This document shows, one piece after another, positions 40,417 to 50,151 of a stretch of DNA of 64,000 nucleotides; position 1 is the first letter of the stretch, and every line of letters starts with the position of its first letter. The stretch comes from an uncultured delta proteobacterium. GTDB lineage: Bacteria > Desulfobacterota > BSN033 > UBA1163. The stretch lies in NCBI GenBank assembly GCA_963827685.1, contig CAWHBU010000001.1:320001-384000 (forward strand), read 5' to 3'. Position numbers and translations under genes: made by a program. Under the pieces are notes generated by a model that saw nothing but the letters and a program-made list of their open reading frames with translations, made no database searches and was not told where the DNA came from.

Positions 40417-43400
40417 ATGTCCGGCCAAATTTACAATTGGAAACGATTCTGGTGCCCGAGAACAGGTAACGTTAATCTGTCCGATGGCGGATATCTATAC
40501 AATCCAGATTCAGAATGGGGACACATTTATAATCCCGATGTGGTGTCATTTGAATCCATAACGACTACTCCGTGTTTGGTACTGCTCGGTGAACCTGGAA
40601 TTGGTAAAACTTACACCATTCAAGCAGAACAAAAAACTATCTATCCAAGGATTGAAGAGAAAGGGGATCAGATTATTTGGTTGGATCTACGCTCATTTGG
40701 AAGTGAGGACAGATTGGTTCGAAATCTTTTTGAGAGCACAACCTTTATTTCCTGGGTGAAAGATAAATACCGGCTTCACCTTTTCATGGACAGTTTAGAT
40801 GAATGCCTTTTGAGAATTGATACCTTGGCAGCACTCCTAATCGATGAGTTCAAAAAATATCCTATCGAGCGACTTTACCTCCGCATCGCCTGCCGGACAG
40901 CCGATTGGCCGAACAGTTTAGAGATAGGCTTGGCTCAACTGTGGGGCAAAGATGTGGTAGGAATATATGAGTTGGTGCAGCAACGAATGGCCGTGGGAGC
41001 CCGAATCGCTGCGGTAACTATCTTTGCCAACCGGTATGCTATCTGGACAGGTATAGACCGCGGTGACGTTCCCGAGGAAGATACAACGGTCAAACAGTTG
41101 ATTGGCAAGAGCGAGAGTGTAGATGGGGATGAATTCCAAGTAAGCGAAGCTGCTGTCACGGAAACAGTGGCAACTGGGCTGTTCTCTTCTCGGGGGCCAA
41201 ATCGTCTAGGCTTTGCACATCAGACTTATGCCGAATTTCTTGCTGCCCGGTATTTAGTACAACGGCAAATGAACCTAACCCAAATGATGAGCCTTTTAAC
41301 TCATCCAGGCGATCCTGATAGAAAGTTAGTTCCTCAGCTGCATGAAGCAGCAGCCTGGTTGGCTGGAATGGTACCTGATGTATTTCGAGAAATTACACAG
41401 GTGAATCCTGACGTCTTGTTGCAAAGTGATGTAGCTACCGCCGATTCCAATGATCGAGCAGTACTGGTCAAGAATTTGTTAAACTTATATGATGAAGAGG
41501 TTTTGCTTGATTATAACATCGAAATCCGTAAACGTTACCGAAAACTTGCCCATCCCAGCCTGGCAGACCAGCTTCGACCGTACATTTGTGATAACACTAA
41601 AGGCATTATTGTACGCCGAGTGGCTATTGATATAGCCGAGGCCTGTGAACTCAAAACACTTCAGGATGATCTCGCAAATGTGGCTCTCGATAAGAGCCAG
41701 CCGCTTACGATCCGGGAAAATGCCGCATTAGCCATAAGCCAGATTGGCAGCGATGAGGTAAGAGCAAAACTGAAACCATTGGCCGTGGGTGAAACGGGCG
41801 ACGATCCCGATGATGAATTAAAGGGCTGCGGCCTTCGAGCATTATGGCCAACTCACTTGACAGCAGAAGAATTGTTCGCCTCCCTCTCCCCACCAAAGCG
41901 AGATAATCTATTCGGAGTGTACAAGTCTTTTCTTCATGATCTTACGAAGCATCTCCAACACGTTGATCTATCTATCGCGCTGAAATGGATTGGGAGGCAA
42001 AGGTCTCGGCATGAGCTGCCCGATCCATTTGAAGAAATCATGGATGCCATTATCTTGAAAGCGTGGGAGAATCTCGAATCACCGGGTGTATTAGAGAATT
42101 TTGCCGAAGCAGCTCTCTCACGATTAGAACATGATGATAAAATCGTAGGGGAACGCACAGATTCATCATTTAGAAGCATGTTGGAGAATAATAACGATAA
42201 GCGACGGCGGGTTCTGGACGTTATGTTCTCATTGCTGAATGACCCAGAAAAAGACGCGTTATTATTAGTTTATACGCCGTTGGTGTTAAACAAGGATTTA
42301 TTGTGGATGATAGAGCGCGTTAAATTATCAAAAAGTGAAAAGGTTCAGCGGGCATGGGCTCAGTTAATAACACGAACCTTTGATTTGAAGGAACCAAATC
42401 AATTTGAGGCTATTTTTGAGGCCTGCCAGGATTGTTCAATCCTCGCCGATGCATTTGCATGGCTTCTGAAACCGATTGAGTTAGATTCATCTGAAGCAAA
42501 GAAAATGAAAGCGGACTACCTAAGAAGGCAAGAATTGCAGAGAAGAGCTAAAGATTGGCCGCCTTTAGAACCACCCCCGGCAGAGAGGATAAACGATCTC
42601 TTAGATGAGTGTGAATCAGGTAACTCCGCTGCATGGTGGCGTCTGAACATGGAAATGACACTTGAACCAAATAGCCGCTATTATGGCAGTGACCACGGGT
42701 CAGATTTGACCGTTCTTCCCGGATGGAAAGTAGCAGATGTGAAAACCAGAAGAAGGATCATTGAGGCTGCCAAAAGATACGTATTTGAACAAGATCCGAA
42801 GACGAAAGAGTGGTTAGGCACAAACACCATTTATCGCCCTGCATATGCAGGTTATAGGGCACTGCGACTTCTGCTGCAAGAAGCTCCCGATTTTTTGTCT
42901 GAAATTCCCACCGATACTTGGAAGAATTGGGCACCGATTATCCTTACTTACTTTACAGCAGGCGGAGAAGGGGAGGAAGAAACTCAGCAAAAACTTGTGA
43001 ATGTCGCATATAAACATGCTCCTGAAGAGATCATTCAAACTCTGATGGTTCTGATAGATAAAGACAATACGGAGCATGGTCAAATTTACATTAGTCGCAG
43101 GGTTAAAGGATGTTGGGATGAACGTTTAGCAAATGCTCTGTGCATTAAAGCAAAGGATGATAAATTAAAGCCCGAATCTATGGCCTCTCTGCTTGGTGAT
43201 CTTCTTGACCATAAAGTCTATGAAGCCAGAAAATTTGCGGAGTCGTTAGTTCCTTCTTCACCCCCTTCCGCTGGAGACGAACGATCCAAAGCAATTATCG
43301 CGGCCCGTGTGCTCATGGTGGGTGCCGAAGATTCTGGTTGGTCCGTTGTGTGGCCTGCCGTTCAACAAGATACTGAGTTCGGACGAGAAGTAATTTCAGC

Positions 43401-44349
43401 AGTAGCAAATCGTTATGATCGAAACGCATCGAAGGTGGGGCAACAGCTTCCAGAGGACATTTTGGCAAATTTGTTTGTTTGGCTTGCTCGTCAGTATCCC
43501 TATTCAGAAGATCCCAAACATGAAGGGGCCTACTGCGTTGGGCCCAGAGAAAGCATCGCTTACTTCAGAGATGCCATCTTACAGCATCTAAAACAGTGCG
43601 GCACCCAGAAGGCATGCGAGGCAATTAAGGATATTATCTGCGAACTACCCGACCTTGGGTGGTTGAAGTGGACTCTGCTGGAGGCACAAGCAATTACACG
43701 GCGCCGTACTTGGGTACCTCCTCGCATAGAAGATATCCTTAAGATGGCGAGTAGTCAGCAATTACGCCTGGTTCAAAGCGGAGATGAACTGTTAAATGTA
43801 GTACTGGAATCACTGAAGCGACTAGAGCAGACATTTCGGGGGGAAACCCCGGCTTCAAGAGATGTTTGGGACCAGATTGCGGATAAGGTGTTTCGCCCGA
43901 TCAATGAAAACGAATTCTCAGACTACATAAAAAGACACCTCGATGAAGATCTAAGGCAAAAAGGTATTATTGTTAATCGTGAAGTTCGCATTCACCGGGG
44001 TGAGCGGACAGATATCCACGTTGATGCCGTTGTGCGCGGTGCACATGGGAATCTTTACGACTCCATAACCGTTATTATTGAAGTAAAGGGCTGTTGGAAC
44101 CCAGAACTGCATCAGGCAATGGAAAGACAGCTTCTTAACTGCTATCTGAAGGATACCCACTGCCAGCACGGTTTGTATCTTGTAGGTTGGTTTAATTGCG
44201 AACAATGGGATGACGGAGATTATAGAAAAAAGCAAGCAACAAAACTTTGTAAGGATGACGCACAAGAACAATTGAATGTCCAAGCTACCACATTATCTCG
44301 ACAAGGTAAAACGATCAAAACCTTGCTTATAAATGCGGCACTTCGCTAA
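40417..44349 (+). CDS. STAND/NACHT NTPase with helical repeats and a C-terminal PD-(D/E)XK nuclease
   Basis: GEPGIGKT, LFMDSLDE, IACR, FAHQTYAEFLAA; C-terminal ENEFSD..NREV..TDIHV..IIEVKG. Confidence 0.8.
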   Translation: MSGQIYNWKRFWCPRTGNVNLSDGGYLYNPDSEWGHIYNPDVVSFESITTTPCLVLLGEPGIGKTYTIQAEQKTIYPRIEEKGDQIIWLDLRSFGSEDRLVRNLFESTTFISWVKDKYRLHLFMDSLDECLLRIDTLAALLIDEFKKYPIERLYLRIACRTADWPNSLEIGLAQLWGKDVVGIYELVQQRMAVGARIAAVTIFANRYAIWTGIDRGDVPEEDTTVKQLIGKSESVDGDEFQVSEAAVTETVATGLFSSRGPNRLGFAHQTYAEFLAARYLVQRQMNLTQMMSLLTHPGDPDRKLVPQLHEAAAWLAGMVPDVFREITQVNPDVLLQSDVATADSNDRAVLVKNLLNLYDEEVLLDYNIEIRKRYRKLAHPSLADQLRPYICDNTKGIIVRRVAIDIAEACELKTLQDDLANVALDKSQPLTIRENAALAISQIGSDEVRAKLKPLAVGETGDDPDDELKGCGLRALWPTHLTAEELFASLSPPKRDNLFGVYKSFLHDLTKHLQHVDLSIALKWIGRQRSRHELPDPFEEIMDAIILKAWENLESPGVLENFAEAALSRLEHDDKIVGERTDSSFRSMLENNNDKRRRVLDVMFSLLNDPEKDALLLVYTPLVLNKDLLWMIERVKLSKSEKVQRAWAQLITRTFDLKEPNQFEAIFEACQDCSILADAFAWLLKPIELDSSEAKKMKADYLRRQELQRRAKDWPPLEPPPAERINDLLDECESGNSAAWWRLNMEMTLEPNSRYYGSDHGSDLTVLPGWKVADVKTRRRIIEAAKRYVFEQDPKTKEWLGTNTIYRPAYAGYRALRLLLQEAPDFLSEIPTDTWKNWAPIILTYFTAGGEGEEETQQKLVNVAYKHAPEEIIQTLMVLIDKDNTEHGQIYISRRVKGCWDERLANALCIKAKDDKLKPESMASLLGDLLDHKVYEARKFAESLVPSSPPSAGDERSKAIIAARVLMVGAEDSGWSVVWPAVQQDTEFGREVISAVANRYDRNASKVGQQLPEDILANLFVWLARQYPYSEDPKHEGAYCVGPRESIAYFRDAILQHLKQCGTQKACEAIKDIICELPDLGWLKWTLLEAQAITRRRTWVPPRIEDILKMASSQQLRLVQSGDELLNVVLESLKRLEQTFRGETPASRDVWDQIADKVFRPINENEFSDYIKRHLDEDLRQKGIIVNREVRIHRGERTDIHVDAVVRGAHGNLYDSITVIIEVKGCWNPELHQAMERQLLNCYLKDTHCQHGLYLVGWFNCEQWDDGDYRKKQATKLCKDDAQEQLNVQATTLSRQGKTIKTLLINAALR

Positions 44350-44489
44350 TCAAAGAGTGGAATGGGGTTAAATCTTTATCCTTGAATATTTATTAGTGCC
44401 CCACCCATAAAAAAGGTGGGCCTCCTGTAATTTTAGATTTCAGATTTTAAATTTCAAATTTGTTAAGAAGGGGGTTGGATTCTTCTCTC

Positions 44490-45377
44490 TCAGGTGCGGG
44501 GTGCCGGACTTTTGTTCATACTTAGAAGGACCATGCCAAAGAATATCGGCACGACGGAGAGCAATTGAAACCGCGTCGGGATATTGTGCAGGATGAGCCA
44601 GGCAAATAATAACGTTAGCGGAGGCGCAATACTGGCCAACGCATTTGACTTTGTCACGCTGATCCTATGGATCCCCTCCACCCATAAGATTTTTGAAAAT
44701 CCTAACAGCAAAAGGCCATTGATCAAGATGAGGGCAGCGGAACTCTTAAGATCCGTTATCGAAGCTCTTTCCTTAAACAAGTAGGCTAAAATCAATACGA
44801 TGGGAGTGCTTATGGAGCTGCGAACGAACAGAATCATTTCGCTGCTGACGGTTTGCCTTGCCTTTTGTTGGAAGTAGTTCCCAAAGGGCGCGATCATGGT
44901 AGCCATTAAGATTAAAAGATCGCCCAGATGAAGCTTGGTCATGTTGGGATAGAGAACGATGAACACACCGATCAGCATGAAGACGGCTCCCAGGGTATGT
45001 TTTGGGGATATGAAATCTTTGCGCCAGACATGGAAAAAAGCAAAACTGAAAAACATTTCGGTTGATACGATCAGGCTTGCATTTCCAGCGCTCGTATAGC
45101 GGAGGCCGAGGAAGACCAGGCCATAGTACAGAATGCCGAGGAAGAATGTGGCCCACAAGATGTTTTTAAAGGAGGATCGACCCATGATCTCCCCCCATCG
45201 ATGTCCGAGCGTTAACGCGCCGCTAAAAAAGAGGGCCGCAAAGAAGGTGCTCCATCCGAAAGAGATCAAAGGAGGAAGACGGTCATAGGAGAGAATGGTA
45301 ATCACCGGGAAGAGGCTCCAGAGGAGAGCCTGTAAGAGAATAAGAAATTCTCCTTGTCTTTCCCGATCGGGTTTCAT
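44490..45377 (-). CDS. EamA/DMT family transporter
   Basis: About 10 TMs in two repeats, GLRYTSAGNAS, GDLLIL. Confidence 0.88.
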   Translation of the reverse strand: MKPDRERQGEFLILLQALLWSLFPVITILSYDRLPPLISFGWSTFFAALFFSGALTLGHRWGEIMGRSSFKNILWATFFLGILYYGLVFLGLRYTSAGNASLIVSTEMFFSFAFFHVWRKDFISPKHTLGAVFMLIGVFIVLYPNMTKLHLGDLLILMATMIAPFGNYFQQKARQTVSSEMILFVRSSISTPIVLILAYLFKERASITDLKSSAALILINGLLLLGFSKILWVEGIHRISVTKSNALASIAPPLTLLFAWLILHNIPTRFQLLSVVPIFFGMVLLSMNKSPAPRT

Positions 45378-45741
45378 AAAGGATCCGTTGGGAGTGTTAA
45401 GCCCTCCTCCTAACAAAGAAGGAAAGTTCCCGGTGAAAGGGGACGCCCCCTGTCCTCCTTTCCGATGTAACTCCATTGTAGAACAAGCGTTAGGGAAATC
45501 GAAGAGACTGTGCCGGTGTATGGGTTATTGAATAGGGAATCATCCTAAAAAAATACTGGTGGATTCTCGCCCAAATACAGTACATCCCCCATTTACAATA
45601 TGGAGGTCTTTCTCGTAGACTGAAAATAGAGCTTCTATTCTTTTTTCGTATACCGTGCTGTTTCGATTGGAATGAGCACATAGGCCAGAAGTTAGGCCCC
45701 GAGGAGAAAAAAATAGACGTTTCAAAAGAGGAGGAGGAGAA

Positions 45742-46422
45742 ATGAGGCTTTTCAACATCCATGTGATTCCATGTCATTCGGCAAGTGACTTTCATTCGAA
45801 ATTGAAAAAAAGGATAATGCTGCACACCATCCTGGAGTCCGTCAAAATCGTTTTCATCATGGCCATCGCCGTTTTTGTCCTTCCGGAATACGTTGTGCCC
45901 CTTTCCCAAAGAAGCGCGCGAGCCGACTTTCCGGTCGGAATGGAGGAGTTTCTTCCCATCACAAAATCCGCCGACACCAACATAAAAGAAGTTCTGCATC
46001 TTGCGAATATGATCCGGTTAATTACAGAAAATCAACTTCCCGAAGCCAAAGTGTTGAGGTATGCCGGTTTGATCTCCCATGTTTCCCGGAGATATGGAGA
46101 GAACCCCCTTGAAATCATAGCGATCATCATGGCCGAAAGCAATTTCAAGGGAGATAGCATCAATAGGGAGACCGGCGATTATGGTCTCGGGCAGATCAAT
46201 TGGGAATATTGGGGCAAAGACTACGGGTTGACGCCCACACAACTTCTGGATCCGTCGATCAACATTTTTTTAACCTGCCATGTCTACAATTTTTTTGGAA
46301 AGGATTTCGGCAAATACCATCGAGGCAACGGCATCCAGTGCAATGCCTACCTTGTGAATGTAAAAGGTATTCTCTCCACGTTGAATGCCTTTATCGAATT
46401 GAACAAAGAGAATATTTCCTAA
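45742..46422 (+). CDS. SLT-domain lytic transglycosylase-like protein (start uncertain)
   Basis: AIIMAESNF, YGLGQIN, LLDPSINI. Confidence 0.8.
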   Translation: MRLFNIHVIPCHSASDFHSKLKKRIMLHTILESVKIVFIMAIAVFVLPEYVVPLSQRSARADFPVGMEEFLPITKSADTNIKEVLHLANMIRLITENQLPEAKVLRYAGLISHVSRRYGENPLEIIAIIMAESNFKGDSINRETGDYGLGQINWEYWGKDYGLTPTQLLDPSINIFLTCHVYNFFGKDFGKYHRGNGIQCNAYLVNVKGILSTLNAFIELNKENIS

Positions 46423-46794
46423 ATAGCAGCTTCGGGGGAAGAGCACATTGAACTATTTCCCCAGAGCTTTCGTTTGTATCCGTTGAATAGGTTTAATCCT
46501 ATCGTTTTCCTCTGTCTCTCTCTGCCTCGGTCATGTTCCGATTCCTCCATTCTTTTTGCTGGGCTGGTGCTCGAAGGGATGAAGAAAGCACTGCGATATC
46601 TCGTCGCCGATTTTCGTTGACATAGCACTGCTTTTTTTGTATATCCAACTCATCCCAAGGCGAGTTCTTATCATCTCATGAAAAGGAAGTGACCTACAGA
46701 CGGAAACGATGGAAAACGGAGGCATAACCAGAATCATGTAAGAATTAGGATGCATTCTTTATCAAATCTTAACAAATAAGGAGGAAGATTATCG

Positions 46795-48582
46795 ATGAGA
46801 AAAACGGAAGCCTCTTCAGTCCGGTATTACAGGTTAAAAGTTGTTTCCATGTTTATTGCCGCGTTCATGCTCCTGGCTCCCAGCGGCTATTTTAACGCTG
46901 CCGAAGTCCTTGCCCAGGGTCGGGCGAAGGCTGTCGATTCGATGCGGCCGGATCGGGAAACCACAGAAGGTCTCGTCATCGGCGCGGTGAACAGAGCCAC
47001 CAATACCCTTTCCTGGAAGGGGATTCCCTATGCCAGGCCTCCTGTCGGCGATCTCCGCTGGAAGGCACCTCAGGAGCCCGAAAAACGTTCAACGCCCTTC
47101 AAGACGGTTACTGTTTGCGAGATATGCCCCCAGTACATCGACCATGATAATAATCCCGCCACGCCGCAGGTTATCCTGGGTAATGAAGACTGCCTTTACC
47201 TGAATATCTGGCGTCCAAAGACCAAGGCAGCCGATCTGCCCGTTTATCTCTGGATCCACGGCGGCGGAAACAGCATTCAGTGGCCGCTCCTCTCCGATAC
47301 GGATGCCTCTGTCCTCGCCAACAAGTCGAACATGGTCGTCGTGACCGTCAATTATCGCCTGGGACCGATGGGCTTCTTCAGTCATCCGGCCCTCCGTAGC
47401 GGGAAAAAGGGCGATGAGAAAAGTGATTCCGGGAATTTCGGGCTTTTGGATCTGATTCAGGCCCTATCCTGGATAAAGGCCAATATTGGGGCCTTCGGCG
47501 GCGATCCCGGAAATGTAACCATCGCCGGGGAGTCGGCGGGAGGCCAAAACGTCATTTCCCTCATCGCCTCGCCTCTGGCGAAAAGTCTTTTTCACAGGGC
47601 CATTTCTGAAAGCGGCGTTATCAGACCGGCGACGCCCGCGCAGGGAGCGGAGCATGCAAATGATGTCATCGCGAAACTCCTCGTAAGAGACGGCAGCGCC
47701 CCGGATGAAAAAACGGCAGCGGCCAAGCTGAAGGGCATGTCCCGGAAAGATATTGAAAAGTATTTAAGGTCGAAAAGCGCCCAGGCCTTCCTGGAAATGT
47801 ACCCGGAAGGCAAGTTGATAGGGATGATCAGATTTCCCAACAGCTTCGGCGACGGCGCGGTGCTCCCTGTTGATTTTTATGGGGCCTTGAAGGCTGGGAG
47901 CTACAACAAAGTACCGACCATCCTTGGAACAAATAAAGAGGAAGCGAAGCTGTTTCTCAGGTTGGATCCAAAATTTATGCCCTGGCAAGGCGACGGTTCC
48001 CTATTCAAAGACCCAGCCAAGACCGAGCTGTATGACCTGGTCGCCCAATATCAGAGCGACGGCTGGAAGGTCATGGCCGTGGACCAGTTGACAAGAATCC
48101 TAAGAACCAATGCTGATCAGCCCATGATTTATGCCTATCAATTCTTGTGGGGGGCCGGGGGGATGAAGAAAAGCGTTATGCCTTTTCCCGCTAATCTGCT
48201 GCTCGGTGCCTGCCACGCCATGGAGATCGATTTCGTTTTCGGAACGGAAGCCGTATCGCTTGGCGGTGTTGCCTTCGATGAAAAGAATCGCCCCGGCCGG
48301 GTCGCCCTGTCGAATGCAATGATGGACTATTGGGCCCAGTTCGCCCGAACGGGCAATCCCAACCGGGAGGGGTCCGGTCTGCCTGAATGGAAACCGTGGT
48401 CCAATACGCAAGGCTTTCCGAAGACCATCCTGCTGGATGCGGATTTCAACAATCTCAAAATAGAGATGTCTGCGAACGAACTTACCAATGAGGCAATTGA
48501 AAAGGCATTGAAGGCGGAACCCCGACAAACAGAAATACAACCCTTCTGGGATACCTCCCGCTACAGGACGTTAAAGAAGTAA
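46795..48582 (+). CDS. secreted carboxylesterase type B
   Basis: GIPYA.PPVGDLRW, EDCLYLNIW, WIHGGG, GESAGG, GACH. Confidence 0.93.
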   Translation: MRKTEASSVRYYRLKVVSMFIAAFMLLAPSGYFNAAEVLAQGRAKAVDSMRPDRETTEGLVIGAVNRATNTLSWKGIPYARPPVGDLRWKAPQEPEKRSTPFKTVTVCEICPQYIDHDNNPATPQVILGNEDCLYLNIWRPKTKAADLPVYLWIHGGGNSIQWPLLSDTDASVLANKSNMVVVTVNYRLGPMGFFSHPALRSGKKGDEKSDSGNFGLLDLIQALSWIKANIGAFGGDPGNVTIAGESAGGQNVISLIASPLAKSLFHRAISESGVIRPATPAQGAEHANDVIAKLLVRDGSAPDEKTAAAKLKGMSRKDIEKYLRSKSAQAFLEMYPEGKLIGMIRFPNSFGDGAVLPVDFYGALKAGSYNKVPTILGTNKEEAKLFLRLDPKFMPWQGDGSLFKDPAKTELYDLVAQYQSDGWKVMAVDQLTRILRTNADQPMIYAYQFLWGAGGMKKSVMPFPANLLLGACHAMEIDFVFGTEAVSLGGVAFDEKNRPGRVALSNAMMDYWAQFARTGNPNREGSGLPEWKPWSNTQGFPKTILLDADFNNLKIEMSANELTNEAIEKALKAEPRQTEIQPFWDTSRYRTLKK

Positions 48583-49173
48583 GGTTAATGTCGTTTCGTA
48601 TTGCTTCTTTTGCCCCGCCGTGCAGCCGGGGCAAAGGAAGCGCCTCCGGTTTGATTTTCACAATCTGGACTTAAGATTTATCGGAGCCTTCCGCCTGTCC
48701 CGCTTATTCAAAGTTTTTTGAGCGTCGAGATATTCAGACATGAAGGCTTCTCTTAATGTGCTATAGGCAAGAAAAGAAGAATTGGTTATTTCGGTGCTTG
48801 TTCGATTTACGGTTTTGGTTCTTATGGGAGTCATTCCGCACGCCGCTGATTGAAATCATTATTAACTCTTTCAATCTGAGACCAACATCAGCAGAAAAAT
48901 AGCAGCGATCTTCAAAATTGATTTCTGCGTGCTTCCCTACTCCTCATTCGTTGAATTCACCAAAACGCAGCATCATATCTTTATGTGGACTAAACCATCA
49001 AAAACATCACTTTGGAGATTAATATTCCCTCTTGATCAGCTCAAGCTTGTCGATTGCCCGAGAGGGTGGATGAATCGGGAAGGTTATAACCGATATCTCA
49101 AGATAACGCATGCCAAAATGAAGGACCGGTTTGCTGCCAGAAGACGGTCAAAAAATAGAAAGGAGGGACCGAT

Positions 49174-49884
49174 ATAACGGAAAAATTAATCATTGCTCAC
49201 CGTGGCGCCCCAAGCTATGCAAAAGAGAATACGATCGAATCGTTTGAAAAAGCTATAGCTCTGGGAGCGGATATGATCGAGTTCGATGTGAGAAGAACGA
49301 AAGACAATGTTTTTATTGTCTATCATGACGGATTGATTCAAGGCAAGCCCGTCAACGATTTGGTCTATGAAGAGATTAGCCAAATGGCCAAGGATCAGGG
49401 ATTTGACATTCCTACGGTTGAAGAGGTTTTAAGATGGTCAAGGGGAAGGATAAAACTTGATGTCGAATTAAAGGAAGAAGACTATGAAAAAGAAATTGTA
49501 GAATTATTATCCAAGTATCTTGAAAAAGATCAATTTGTTATCACTTCATTTAATGAATCTTCTTTGAAGATCATCAAAGACAATTATCCCGGTATTCAAG
49601 TTGGTTTACTGTTAGGAAGATTCGAGGCCCCCCTATGGACAAGAATTTCGGAATTTTTCCCCATGAAAAGGTGTAAAAAAGCCCAGGCAGATTTCTTGGT
49701 GGCCCATTTGAAATTGTTAAGGTTTGGTTTCTTAGAAAGGGCCCGAAGAAGTCATAAACCAGTCTTCGTTTGGACAGTGAACGATGAAGAAATGATTCGG
49801 AAATTGCTGAATGACAGAAGCGTTTACGCCATCATCACAGATAAACCAGATTTAGCTGTTTCGCTACGGAATAAGATACTTTAG
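49174..49884 (+). CDS. glycerophosphodiester phosphodiesterase (apparent ATA start)
   Basis: IIAHRGA..ENT upstream of the called ATG; IEFDV, HD, VELK, WTVN, IITD. Confidence 0.88.
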   Translation: MTEKLIIAHRGAPSYAKENTIESFEKAIALGADMIEFDVRRTKDNVFIVYHDGLIQGKPVNDLVYEEISQMAKDQGFDIPTVEEVLRWSRGRIKLDVELKEEDYEKEIVELLSKYLEKDQFVITSFNESSLKIIKDNYPGIQVGLLLGRFEAPLWTRISEFFPMKRCKKAQADFLVAHLKLLRFGFLERARRSHKPVFVWTVNDEEMIRKLLNDRSVYAIITDKPDLAVSLRNKIL

Positions 49885-50151
49885 CTTAAAGAGAAAGGCA
49901 CAATGAAAAGCGGTATTACATCTCCGGAAACACTGCCTTGGGTCAGGTGGCTTCCATTTCTCAGTCAATTTCTTCTTCAATCTTTGATCTAATAAGAACT
50001 TCGTCGCCCGTCTCTTGCTAAAGAGACTGTGTCGTAATTGTGATTTGGGATAGATTCAGTTGGGCAAGTGTTTTAAGGAAGATGAATATAGGAATTCATT
50101 CCCCCTCGCCCCTTTAGCAAAAGAGGGGCGAGGGGTGCGAGGGGTTGAGCT

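Noticed and set aside
45415-45460. Possible c-di-GMP-I riboswitch (..GGTGAAAGGGGACGC..)
   Set aside because: Lacks the GGCAAAC and GCAAAG context and a second stem
48929-49177. 82-aa ORF upstream of GDPD
   Set aside because: GTG start without an SD and no recognisable motif
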